Shown here: one piece after another, positions 10,101 to 21,000 of the stretch
Numbering within the stretch: the first letter of the stretch is position 1
Layout of the letters: each line of letters begins with the position of its first letter
Origin: Heteronotia binoei
Lineage: Eukaryota
Assembly (NCBI RefSeq): GCF_032191835.1
Contig: NC_083232.1
Location: 43,710,001-43,774,000 of the forward strand
DNA: 64,000 bases
Reading direction: 5' to 3'
Made by a program: the position numbers and the translations under genes
Notes under the pieces: generated by a model
Database searches by the model: none
What the model saw: the letters and a program-made list of their open reading frames with translations, nothing else
What the model was told of the DNA's origin: nothing

Positions 10101-12234
10101 TTATGCAAGCTGGCAACCCTAGTGGTGCATCTCACACATTATGAGCACAACTCCAAAACAGGACTTATTCCTATCTGCTCTTTAGCACCTCAGAAATGGC
10201 ACATGACACAAAATTGGACTGCTCTAGCTTATAAGGCACACAGAAAGCTTTAGGAGATCACAGGGTATCTATTTTGAAAGATTAACTTGAGTTGCTGCAG
10301 AAGACTTACAGTTAGAAGGATTGAAAGGACACAACATCTCAAATATGATGAGTATGCTTACTTAAAAAAACATAGGTTTCAAAATCTGTCCACAGAAACC
10401 AGTGACTATATTAAAGTGAGCAATGGAAACAGCAGTCTGTGGCCATGATGGTAGTAATAGAGGTCAGCAATGAAAACTTATTGTGACAAGAACCCACAAT
10501 TCATTTGAGATCACAATTATACAATGGATTGACTTACTCTTGATCATACCACAAGTCTGCTCACAATGTTCCTCACTTTCAAAGTTATTTTCATTCCCTC
10601 CACATCCACCATAATCAAACTCCTCGCAAGTCTGTGTGTATCGGTTGTAATACCAACTAGGAATGATAGCTCTGCATAATCCTATATCTCTTGGCATCAG
10701 GCAGATCTCTCTCTTATCTGTTTGAAAAAGGGAAAGAGAAGGTGCTTCAGTACAATCCAACTGGAATGTGTGTTTACCTTGCAAATAGATCCCACTTCAA
10801 CAAAAGCAGTCTTGGCAGCAGAGCACTATGGACAGTTAACCCAAAAGCAAGAGATAATTGTCCCATGACCGTTATGCACAGTCTTCCACCATCTTTCAGT
10901 TGCCCATCAAGAGTCAATTTGGCATAGTGGTTACAGAGGTTAGGGCTAGGGAGACGGGATTCAAATCCCCACACTGCCATGAAATTTGCTGGGTGACTTT
11001 GAGATAAGTCCCCTTCTACCTAGCGTATTTCATACAGCTATTGTTGTGGATGAAATGGGTAAGAGGAAGGATGGGATAAGCAAATGATAGATATAGAAGG
11101 GAACATAAGGTAAGGAAGGGATACTGTCATTTGGCTGTGCCAGGCTCTGACCAGGCTTGGCCTATCTTCCCTTGGCGTAGTGCTCACAGGGACTAGGACT
11201 AAGGAGACTGGATGCAAATCCCCAGGGTAGTCTACCATGAAATTTGCTGGGTAAACTTGAGATAAGTCCCCTTCTATGTAACCTACCTCATAGGGCTGTT
11301 GTGGATGAAATGGGTAAGAGGAAGGATGGGAAGTATATGATTGGAGATGAAGGTGAGCTTTTCTAGAAGAAGTTTGTGGAGGGACCACAGTGTAGTGGGA
11401 AAGCATCTACATGGCATCTAGAAGGTGCCAGGTTAGGTACCCTGTCAGCCCCCCCCCCCCCCATGCATACATTTCCAGCTAACGGGATCAGATAGCAGGT
11501 AATGTGAAAGACTTCCTCCTGAGACCCTGAAGAGCCCTTAGCAGTTTGAGCAGAATATGCCAACTTTGATAGACTAACAGTCTGATTCAGTATAAGGTGG
11601 CTTCATGTGTTGAAGGTTGACCTTAAATGGGACACACTTGACCTTTTGTAATAGGTAAAACTAGAGGCAAGCTGCAAGTGTCCTATCTATAGAAATTTTC
11701 TTTTGTGGACTGCACACTTCATGTTTGGATTACTTTAATTATGGGAATTAATACGGATAAAGAAAAACTGGCATGTGCCATATAAAAAGGTAAAGGTAGT
11801 CCCCTGTGCAAGCACCAGTCATACAGACCCCTAAATACTGCACGCGTGGTGTGTGTGTGTATGTGGGGAGGGCGGGGGCTGACTCCCTACTGCAGCTCCA
11901 GAGCAGTCGTCGAAGAACGGGTGCATCTACGAGTCAATTATTTATCCCTCCCAAACACTTCGAGTTCGGAGGGGAAAGGAAAGGGCCGGCGGATGTCTCG
12001 AAGAAGCATCACACTGTGCAAACGCACCGACCGGCTGGCGACGGAACTCCCCCTCTGTCGGTCCAAAGAAGCAATGGACAAAGCAACCCCAGAAGAGCTC
12101 TGGAGGGCCGCCGCGAAGCTGTTCCTCAAGCCATTACCTTTCACGGCGTCCCTGAAGGGACAGACATGGCCCAGAAGCAGCAAGAAGCAGCCTGCCAGCA
12201 AGGCGTCCTGTCGAGGTCCGGAGCGCAGCGCCAT
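7012..12234 (-). CDS. TFPI2-like paralog T3: signal peptide-KD1-KD2-KD1' (3' end not in window)
   Basis: Exons 12234-12138, 10717-10538, 8464-8285 and 7191-7012, all GT-AG and phase 1, join into an open frame with three six-cysteine Kunitz domains. Splicing in this order is inferred, not observed. Confidence 0.8.
7711..8155 (+). mobile_element. L2 LINE fragment
   Basis: ORF 7605-8048 (WLRLSRLKLNSMKTEVL...SAFFHLRRARQL...LDYCNAL) is homologous to the L2 at 18.5-20.3 kb. Confidence 0.85.
8285..8464 (-). CDS. Kunitz exon (KD2 type), P1 = Gly
   Basis: 180 nt, (R)VPKECRPELNEGKCGAFYKRYFFNLNTMKCDRFYYGGCKGNENRFLTKFSCMNYCLSEE; TTTAG acceptor, GTAATG donor. Not listed in the ORF track. Confidence 0.93.
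9855..9992. mobile_element. Short palindromic MITE
   Basis: Self-complementary: TAGGGAACGTTGGCTC...CTACAACTCCCATCAGCCCC / GGGGCTGATGGGAGTTGTAG...GAGCCAACGTTCCCTA. Confidence 0.7.
10538..10717 (-). CDS. Kunitz exon (KD1 type), P1 = Arg
   Basis: 180 nt, DKREICLMPRDIGLCRAIIPSWYYNRYTQTCEEFDYGGCGGNENNFESEEHCEQTCGMIK; AACAG acceptor, GTAAGT donor. Confidence 0.93.
12138..12234 (-). CDS. T3 exon 1, signal peptide
   Basis: MALRSGPRQDALLAGCFLLLLGHVCPFRDAVK, phase 1, donor GTAATG; homologous to TFPI2 exon 1; lies in a CpG-rich block. Confidence 0.88.
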
Positions 12235-12289
12235 TGCGAGCAAAGAGGATCTGGGGCGCAGCAGCGTTTGCCGTCCTCTGCCCGGGCCC

Positions 12290-12400
12290 CCGACCAGCCC
12301 CCTTTATATGGGCTAATGTTCTCCCCCCGCTCCGGCGGGGCGCGGAGAGGAAGGCCTGTCATGCCTGCTGGTTCTGCGCTTCACCCACTTCCCCAATAGT
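12290..12400 (-). promoter_or_regulatory. T3 core promoter (TATA box, GC boxes)
   Basis: TATAAA on minus at 12303-12308, about 70 nt above the ATG; GC-rich upstream; same layout in T2 and TFPI2. Confidence 0.65.
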
Positions 12401-12454
12401 ATTCTCCACTAGGTAATATGAAGGGGAAGGGGAGAGCGAGGGGTGGGGCACGCA

Positions 12455-12660
12455 AGGTTTTCATGCCAGATCTGGTTTGGGAAATTCCGGGAGGCTTGGT
12501 GGCGGAGCCTAGGGAGGGCGGGGTTTGGTGAAGGAGGCCCGCAGGGTATAATGCCATACAGTTTAGCTTCCAATGCTGCCATTTTGTCGAGAGGAACTGC
12601 TCTGGGTTGGAATACTTGCGATCTCCAGGCCACTCTCTGTTTGGAGGTTGGCAACCTTGC
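12455..12660. mobile_element. About 200-bp MITE in T3 promoter
   Basis: Similar to the inverted element at 42321-42511 and ends in GGTTGGCAACC; homologous copy in the T2 promoter at about 25575-25790. Confidence 0.55.
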
Positions 12661-13875
12661 TCTCTAGCCACACTAGTTTTCTCCACCATTTCCACAGAGA
12701 GAGTGGAGGTGTTCATCTTCCAGCTCACAGTGAGGAGTCAGGGTCTATAAGTTGACATACCCCCTGAATCCTATAGTTTCAAGATATTGAAAAGTATGTG
12801 TAATACTTAAAAACCTTCCTTTCTCCGAAATTTAAAGGTTAATCGCTGCAGCTTGTCAGATGTCAGAATTTGATTCAGCAACCCCAGATGCTTTGGAAAG
12901 CAGTGACTGAAGAGCCAACTATGGAAAGTACCACTTCTCTTCTTTTTATCCATGGGAATTTTAAACTGTGGGAGGGGGGTATTTTAAGATCTAAACATTA
13001 CAGGTGCAAACTGAACTGGCATACCAGAAATGGACTTAACACCTGCATATCCTTTTGAAAAATACTATATTGGTTTTACTGAAAGTGCTCAAGCTTTGCT
13101 GTAGAAGCACCTTTTCTAAATTTCTCCAAGATGGTGGCGGAAGGAAGGAGAAGCAATATTGCTGTAGCTTTAGTGTTCCTGAACTAATCCAAGTCTTGGA
13201 TGCAGCAGCAGGCAAAAATAAATAGCAATGGAGTGAATCCTTTGGCAATGTAATTATGTACTTCAAAATTTGACCTTCGTTCTGTTTCCTGAGGTGCCTG
13301 ATGAAGATGAATGATCATTGGCAGGGGAACAAAATAGGAGTCAAGTTGCACCTTTAAGACCAACTTAGTTTTATTGTCCACTTGGATCTATCATTGGCAG
13401 GGTTATTTCATAGAAAAAAAGGGGCCAGAGCTCATTATCACAACTCATTTGCACATCCCACACTCTCCTGACATCACCGGAAGGTATACTAAATTCTTTC
13501 AGCCCAGCATCTACCTTAAAAGGCTTCTTGTATAATACAACCTTACTCCTGTCATACTTTTTAAATTACTTTCTCCTACATGGCCACAGTGGCATGATGA
13601 AGATTTCTATCTATCTGCTTTATATGTTTTGGTTATTTTCCCATTTTTTGGTGGGGAAAAATATTACAAAGTTTGTCAGATCTTCAGTTCAGCAGCATTC
13701 TTACAGGGGCTTTGAATAATGGAGCCCAGAAGCAAAGGTTTTTTTTGGGGGGGGGGAGGTAAGAAAAGAAACAGCACAATAAAATTTAGAGGTTCTGGAG
13801 CTCCTGTCCAAAATGAGGCCTAATAATTGGTTAGACATTTTGAAGGATAATTATTACAAACATGTTAGTTCTCCT

Positions 13876-14073
13876 CAGGGCTTTGTTTGTAGAGAAAGCC
13901 CAGCTGGAACTCATTTGCATATTAGGCCTCGCCCTCTTATGTCACCACTGTGTCACACAGTGCTTTTTGTTGAAAAAGCCCAGCAGTGGCTCATTTGCAT
14001 ATTAGGCCACACCCCCTTAAACCAAGCTGACTGGAACTGCATTCCTGTGCGTTCCTGCTCAAAAAAAGCCCTG
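13876..14073. mobile_element. hAT-type MITE carrying two octamer motifs
   Basis: TIRs CAGGGCTTT / AAAGCCCTG, perfect 8-bp TSD GTTCTCCT (13868-13875, 14074-14081), ATTTGCAT twice. Relatives at about 22712-22886, 33387-33503, 57714-57910, 60075-60185 and 62092-62280. Confidence 0.8.
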
Positions 14074-14439
14074 GTTCTCCTGAAGTGGGGTGGGGGGCAG
14101 CATCTGTTTAAGCTGTGGGGTGGTGGGAAGACAGCAAGGGTAGGTGAGTGAGTGAAGGCCAAGGGTTGGTGGGTGGGTGGGAAGATAGCAAGGGGAGGGG
14201 GTGAGTGAAAGTCATGGGTGGGGAAGTAGTGGAGTGCCAAGGATGTGGGGGTAGTCAAGAGGAAGAGGTATTTTGGGGATAGGTGATATTTGGAGGTGGG
14301 GTTGGAAGTTGGAGGTGGGGGGGGAGTGAATGACTTCACTTGGGTGGGTGGGAAATCAGGAAGGGGGGGCACTTGCCAAGAGCCTCTTTCTAGAGCCCAT
14401 TGTATTTTTCTTCACAACAAGCCTTATTCCTAGTGATTG

Positions 14440-15810
14440 TATAAAAGCCAAAATAATGTTATCAGCCCTTATATCCCAATGAGTAGATGTTGCACTCTTG
14501 CAGGAGATTCGTCTGAAAAATAATCAGCTTCCTTTTTTCACATCTATTGGTTGCCCACATAGGTCAATGCTTCTGGAATGTCCAAGTCTAGAGGCACGGC
14601 AATATTATTATCCAAAGCAGTCAGATTTCACTTAGACGCCACTGAAATAAGTCCTACAGGTAGATTCATCTTTGTGAAAGGCAAAGGAAATGGGGATTTG
14701 ACCAACCCTAGCATCTATCTATGCATCAAATATGGGGCAACTAGATTTTCTTCACTCCACATTCTGTAAATTATTACAACTTCAAGAAGGCCTCATAATC
14801 TTAGGAGGTTATCTCAACCTTATTGCAGATCCTGTTAAAGGCAGATCTTCCTCAACTAAATTAAGACATTAAAATGGAATCATCAGAATGTCTATCAAAA
14901 CTTACTCAACTATTTAAGGAATATGATTATCTGGAGGGACCTTAACACTAACGTCATGGATTACACTTTTTACTTGACAAGACTGAAAATTTATACATGA
15001 ATAGATTATATTTTGGTATCTTCTCTGAGATGCAAAATTCTTCAAGCCTCTATTGGAATTATAAAATGGTTGTATCATGCCCCAGTAAAGTGTTCTGTGA
15101 TGAATAAAGTTGCAAATACCTATAGGTTTGATTGGTCACTTAATAAAAATTTATTGTTGGTTGATAATACATCCCTACCAATAGGAAATTAAATACTATT
15201 TCAAAAACAACATGAAATGCAGAGTTCCATTTCATACGGCTTGGGATGCATTCAAGGAAGTAATCCAGGAAAAGTGCTTTGCATTATTCTACAAAAAAAG
15301 GAAAAACCTTTTAAAACAATATCTTCTGTTACAGATTAAACAGCTAAAACAGCTACATAAGAAAAATTGAAGAACTTATAATCAGCTTCTAATAGAAAGA
15401 AAAAAATAGAATCATTAGAAGTTTCTCAAAAAAAATATTTTTAAACCCCTTATATTCTTTATTTAAACAATTCTGGCATAAAAATCCTAAATCATTTAAG
15501 ATTGTATCTTGGAAAATTCATTAAAAGCTATCATCTAGGCAAATTAATTCTATAAAAGATGAAAATTGTGTCTTACAATTTTCTATGCAATATTCATCGG
15601 ACTTTTGTCCAGTATTATTCTCATTTACATGGAACCTCAAATATGAACAAATCAATACTTAAATATCTAAATTCTTATTCAGAATATCATAAAATCTTTA
15701 TAGAACAACCAGCTTCAGGATGTTTTGGGCACTATTCTGTCACTAAAAAAATGGTAAAGCACCAGGCTGTGATGGGTTTCCAGCAGAATTTTCCAAAAAT
15801 ATTGTGAAAT
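14440..15810 (+). mobile_element. Heavily degraded L1 ORF2 (endonuclease region)
   Basis: MSKSRGTAILLSKAVRFHLDATEISPTGRFIFVKGK and ...RIDYILVSS-like remnants match the L1 APE endonuclease; many stops. Confidence 0.7.
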
Positions 15811-16009
15811 TCTAGCTGAACTGTTCACAGTTGTTTACAATCTTGTAATGAATCAGGGTATATCTCCAGTATCTTGGGCCTATGATAAAATATCTGATGT
15901 CCCCAAGAAAGAAAATGGGTAAGAGAAAGGAAGGGGTAAGCATATGATAGAAAGAAAAGGAAATATATGGTTTGGAAAGTGACCTCAGCATAGTGGTCAA
16001 GCATCTACA

Positions 16010-16199
16010 TGGCACTGTCTGGGGCAGTGATGTTCTGTATTCTTGGTGCCTGGGAGGCAACCATAGGAGGGCTTCTGGAATGTGACCCCATTGATGTATC
16101 TTATGAAGGCACCTGGATTTTGCCCACACTGTGATGCAGAATGTTGGACTGGATGAGCCATTGGCCTGATCCAACATGGCTTCTCTTATGTTCTTATGT
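16010..16199 (+). mobile_element. Short element with CR1-type 3' end
   Basis: Ends GGCCTGATCCAACATGGCTTCTCTTATGTTCTTATG; homologous copies at about 20330-20512 and 7595-7710 mark equivalent positions in the repeat units. Confidence 0.6.
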
Positions 16200-17359
16200 C
16201 CCAGGTTTGGTACTAAGCCCCCCCTACCCCCCATACACATTTCCAGCTAAAAAGATCAGCTAGCATCTAATGTGAAATACTTATGCCTGAAACCCTTAAG
16301 AGCCCTTGCCAGTGTGTATGGGGGGTGGGGCGGGGAAGCTTGATAGTTATGTACCCTCTCTCAGTAGAAGACAACAGACAGATTCCAGGGCATGTACTTG
16401 GACTGCTCCCCTTTTAAAAAAGCACAATATGCATCTGGGCTGATAGTTGGTGAAAAAGAGTGGTAATCTATCAGGTTGAGCCTGGCCATGGCCAACAGTG
16501 TGGGCACATGTGCTGCTGCCTCATTGCCAGCAAGTCTCACCACTCCCAACTCCACCTCCTAAGGGTGCCATACTTGCCTGCATTACCAGGGCAGTGAGGC
16601 AGGTTGGGATAGGAGTCCCTGGACCCAGAAGCAGCCAGATGCTCAACCTCTCCCAGGTTTTTTACATCTACCTCTGAGCAGAAATGGCATCTTGGTCTAT
16701 CTGGCTAGACTGGCAGTGATGCCATGGCCAAACTGGGTACCATAGCCATGGTTCCCTCTCTCTGGTAGTGATGATGGTGGTCTCCTTGCTTGTCTGCCTG
16801 GCCCCTGCCAGCCTTGCAGGGATGCTGTGATATGGTTGTGTCAGGCATTAGTGAGGCTTGGCCTATCTGCCCTCCTCACTTCCCATAGCTGACCTGAGCA
16901 GGGGGGTTCAGAAGTTATGGTTCCCCAAGGTTAGTGGTCCAACAGCATCTTTCTAGGTGGTCATAATGGCTAGTCTACTTCAGGTCCCAGACAGAAAAGT
17001 TAAGGGGACAGATATTAGTTGGTCAGGAATAGGTTTAGTGACTCAGCTCCAGAGTGTCTTACATCTCCCATTTCTTCCCTAACAATCTAGACAAAAACTG
17101 CAGGGACATTTCTCCTATCTCCTCAACAGAAAGGGAGACCTTTTTAAAGAAATGGAAGCTGGGAATTCAGAGGGACAACATAACTGTGTGAGAACACTGT
17201 CTGCATATGTTCCTGGAAGCCTGCTGATCACGAGGGGAGGGGGACTCTTGGCTTCTCTAGTGGACTAGAGACAGGCAGCTGTCTAGCTTGAGATTTCCTG
17301 CACAAAGGGAGGTGAGACTAGATTGCCTCAAAGGCTCCTTCCAATTCCAATAGCATTAC

Positions 17360-17479
17360 TTTCCTCAGGCAGTCAGTAATCCATACAGGAAAATGTAATG
17401 AAAGCTCAATTTCCATGTCCTTCACATCCTCTGCATTTGAATCTCTTGCACATAATTGTACATAGATTAAAGAAATATT
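17360..17479 (-). pseudogene. Pseudo-exon of KD2 type (5' third deleted, two stop codons)
   Basis: KYFFNLCTIMCKRFKCRGCEGHGN*AFITFSCMDY*LPEE; TGA at 17408-17406 and 17375-17373; acceptor and first two cysteines removed by a deletion fusing it to intron-2 sequence. Confidence 0.88.
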
Positions 17480-17856
17480 TCTATCTGCTCTTTGGCTTCC
17501 CTGAAATGACATATTATTGGACTACCCTAGCTGATACGGTGCACAGAAAGTTTTAGGTAGTTATAAAAACATATTAAGAAATATTAATTTGAGCTGTTGC
17601 AGCAAAATTATATTTTGGAGACTTGAAATGACACAGTATGACCATCTCACATATGAGTATGCATACTTAAAGAAAATAGGTTTCAAAATCTAGACTTAAA
17701 AGTACAATTAATCTGCAGAAACCAGTGACTATATTAAAGTGAGCAAAACAGTGGTCTGTGGCCATGATGGTAGTAATAGAGGTCAGCAGTGAAAACCTAT
17801 CATGACAAGAACTCACAATTCTTTTGGGATCACAATTATACAATGAATTGACTTAC

Positions 17857-18036
17857 TCTTCATTAAAACGCAAGTCTGCTCACAATCTTCCGGACTTTCA
17901 AAGTTATTGTCATTCCCTCCACATCCACCATAATCAAACTCCTTGCAAGTCTGTGTGTATTGGCTGTAATACCATCTAGGAATGATAGATCTGCATAATC
18001 CTATATCTCTTGACATCAGGCAGATCTCTCTCTTAT
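17857..18036 (-). CDS. Kunitz exon (KD1 type), P1 = Arg
   Basis: 180 nt, DKREICLMSRDIGLCRSIIPRWYYSQYTQTCKEFDYGGCGGNDNNFESPEDCEQTCVLMK; intact splice sites. Confidence 0.9.
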
Positions 18037-21000
18037 CTGTTTGAAAAAAAGAAAGAGAAGGTGCTTCAGTACAATCCGACTGAAGTGTCTGCACCATGTA
18101 AATAGATCCCACTTCAACAAAAGTAGTTTTGGGCAGCAGAACACTATGAACAGTTAACCCCCAAGCAAGAGATAATTGTCTTGTGGCCATTGTACACAGC
18201 CTTCCACCAGCTTCCAGTTGTCCATCAAAAGGCAATTTGGCGGAGTGGTTACAGGGACTTGGGAGATGGGATTCAAATTCCTGCTCTGCCATGAAATTTG
18301 CTGGGTGACTTTGAAATAAGTCCCCTTCTACCTAACCTACCTCAAAGGGCTGTTGTTGCAGATGAAATGAGTAATCATATGACAGAATGAAGGAAACAGG
18401 CTTTTTAGAAGTTTGCTGGAGGATGATGACATAGTGGCAATCTGCATGGAATGCAGAACTGTTCATAGTGTTCTGCTGCCCAAAACTATTGCTTCGACCC
18501 ACTCAGCTTGGAGGAAGTCGACAGAATTCTTGGCACTGCACGATCCACAACTTGCGATCTGGACCCTTGTCCCTCCTGGCTAATTAAGGCCTGCCAGGAG
18601 GAATTAAGATGTCCTATAAGGGACATCATAAATTGATCCCTTTCAGAGGGTGCTTTTCCAACACCCCTGAAAGAGGCAGTGGTCCGCCCTCTCCTAAAAA
18701 AAGCTACATCAGACCCGGCCGAATTGGCACATTACTGACCGGTCTCAAATTTGCCCTTTCTGGGTAAAATTATCGACAGGGCTGTGGTGTTGCAGTTACA
18801 GGATTTTTTGGAGGACGCTTCCGTCCTGGACCCATGCCAGTCTGGCTTTCGCCCGGGCCATGGGATGGAAACAGTCCTGGTTGCCCTCATGGATGACCTC
18901 TGGCGGCAACTGGACCGAGGCGGCTCGGCAGTATTGCTGCTGCTAGACCTATCGGCTGCGTTCGATATGGTCGATCATCGGCTGCTGTCCCGCCGCCTCA
19001 CCGACACAGGAATTCGGGGGCTAGCCTTACAGTGGCTCTCCTCCTTCCTTGAAGGTTGGGGACAAAGGGTGGCAATTGGGGGGGAACTGTCTCAGAGACA
19101 CGCACTTCACTGTGGGGTGCCTCAGGGGCAGTTCTCTCCCCGATGTTGTTCAACATCTTTATGCGCCCCCTTGCCCAGATTGCACGGAGGTACGGGCTTG
19201 GCTGTCATCAGTACGCTGATGATACCCAGCTCTATCTATTGATGGACGCTCTATCTATAGGGACTGGTGATGTCCCTATAAATCTGGACCAGGCGTTACA
19301 AGCCGTGGCTGACTGGCTCAGGCTGAGTGGGCTGAAGTTGAACCCAGCGAAGACTGAGGTCCTTTGCGTGGGCCGCGGCGGACCAGGAGGGGAGATCATC
19401 CTACCGGCTTTTGACAATGTGCCACTGATACCAGTGCGCAGGGTCAAGAGCCTGGGAGTGCTACTGGAATCCTCTTTATCAATGGAGGCCCAGATAGCTG
19501 TCACTGCTAGAGCCTCCTTCTTCCACCTCAAGAGGGCGAGGCAGTTGGCTCCCTTCTTGGAACGCAGCAACCTAGCAACTGTGATCCACGCAACAGTCAC
19601 CTCGAGATTAGACTACTGCAATGCCCTCTACATGGGGCTGCCCTTATACCGAACACGGAAACTCCAGGTAGTGCAGAACGCGGCGGCCAGGCTGCTGGTG
19701 GGACTACCTCGGTGGGAACACGTGCAGCCTGGGCTGCGGGACCTGCACTGGCTGCCGGTTGTGTACCGTGTTCGCTATAAGGTGCTGGTTATTACCTTTA
19801 AAGCCCTATATGGCCGAGGGCCTGCCTACCTTAGGGACCGCCTCTCCCCATATGTCCCCCAGAGAGCACTGAGATCTAGCTCTCAAAATCTTTTAAAAAT
19901 CCCTGGGCCAAGAGAAGCTAGACTGAAGACAACCAGGGAGCAAGCCTTTTCAGCAATGGCCCCGCGATGGTGGAATCAACTTCCAGAGATGATGCGAGCC
20001 CTGCAGGACCTGAATCAGTTCCACAGGGCTTGCAAAACTTTTCTCTTTCAGCTTGCTTTTAAGATAGAACCTGGCTAAATTGAATTGACCTGTAGCCATC
20101 CAGCCATCTATGTATGATTGTGATCTATAGCACCTTATAGCACCTGTTTTTATCTATTTTAATTAATTTATGTAATTGAATTGTATTTTAAAAACTCTTG
20201 TTTACATTGTATTTTATTCAAATCATGGTGTCCCATGTCTGTGAGCCGCCCTGAGCCCGCCTTTGGTGGGGGAGGGCGGGATATAAAAATAAATTTACTT
20301 TACTTTACTTTACAGTGTAGTGTCCAGGCATCAGCATGGCACTATTGAGCAGTGGTGATCTGTATTCTTGGTGCCTGGTGGGCAGCAGTGGAAGGGCTTC
20401 TAGTGTCTAGTCATGTTGGCTGACCACCTGATGGCACGTGGGTTTTGGCCACTGTATGACAGAGTGTTCAACTGGATGGGCCATTGGCCTGATCCAACAT
20501 GGCTTCTCTTATATAATTATTTCCCAAGTTTGGTACCTAGTCTACCTTTCCCCCCACATTTCCAGCTAAAAGGATCAGATAGCAGCTAATGTGAAATACT
20601 TATGCCTGGGAACTTAAAGTGCCCTTTCCAGTGTGAGTGGTGGGGGGGGGGGGGAAGCTTGATAGTTATGCGCCCACCCTCAGTAGAAGACAACAGACAT
20701 ATCCCAGGGCATGTACTTGGACAGCTCACCTTTTAAAAAGCACAATATGCATCTGGGCTGATAGGCAGAGAAAAGGAGTGGTAGCCTAGCAGGTTGAGCC
20801 TGGTCATGGCCAACAGCATGAGCACATGTGCTGCTGCCTTGTTGCCAGCAAGTCTCACCCCACTCCCCTACTCCACCTCTGGAGCTGAGGGTGCTGCACT
20901 TACCTCCATTACCAGGGCAGTTTATGTACAGTGAGGCTGGCTGTGACAGGAGTCCCTGGACCCAGAAGCACCCAGATGCTTCCCCCACCCCCGCTCAACC

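Noticed and set aside
11806-12399. Long plus-strand ORFs (197 and 156 aa) over T3 exon 1, and equivalents at 25023-25595 and 35293-35976
   Set aside because: Antisense shadows of GC-rich, stop-poor CpG islands; no recognisable domain, and frames are not conserved among the three paralogous islands.
20680-20988. ORF and AAAG/GTGAG donor-like site in the post-KD2 segment as a possible new T2 exon
   Set aside because: The donor is mutated in the paralogous copy at 16.4 kb and the peptide has no recognisable features.
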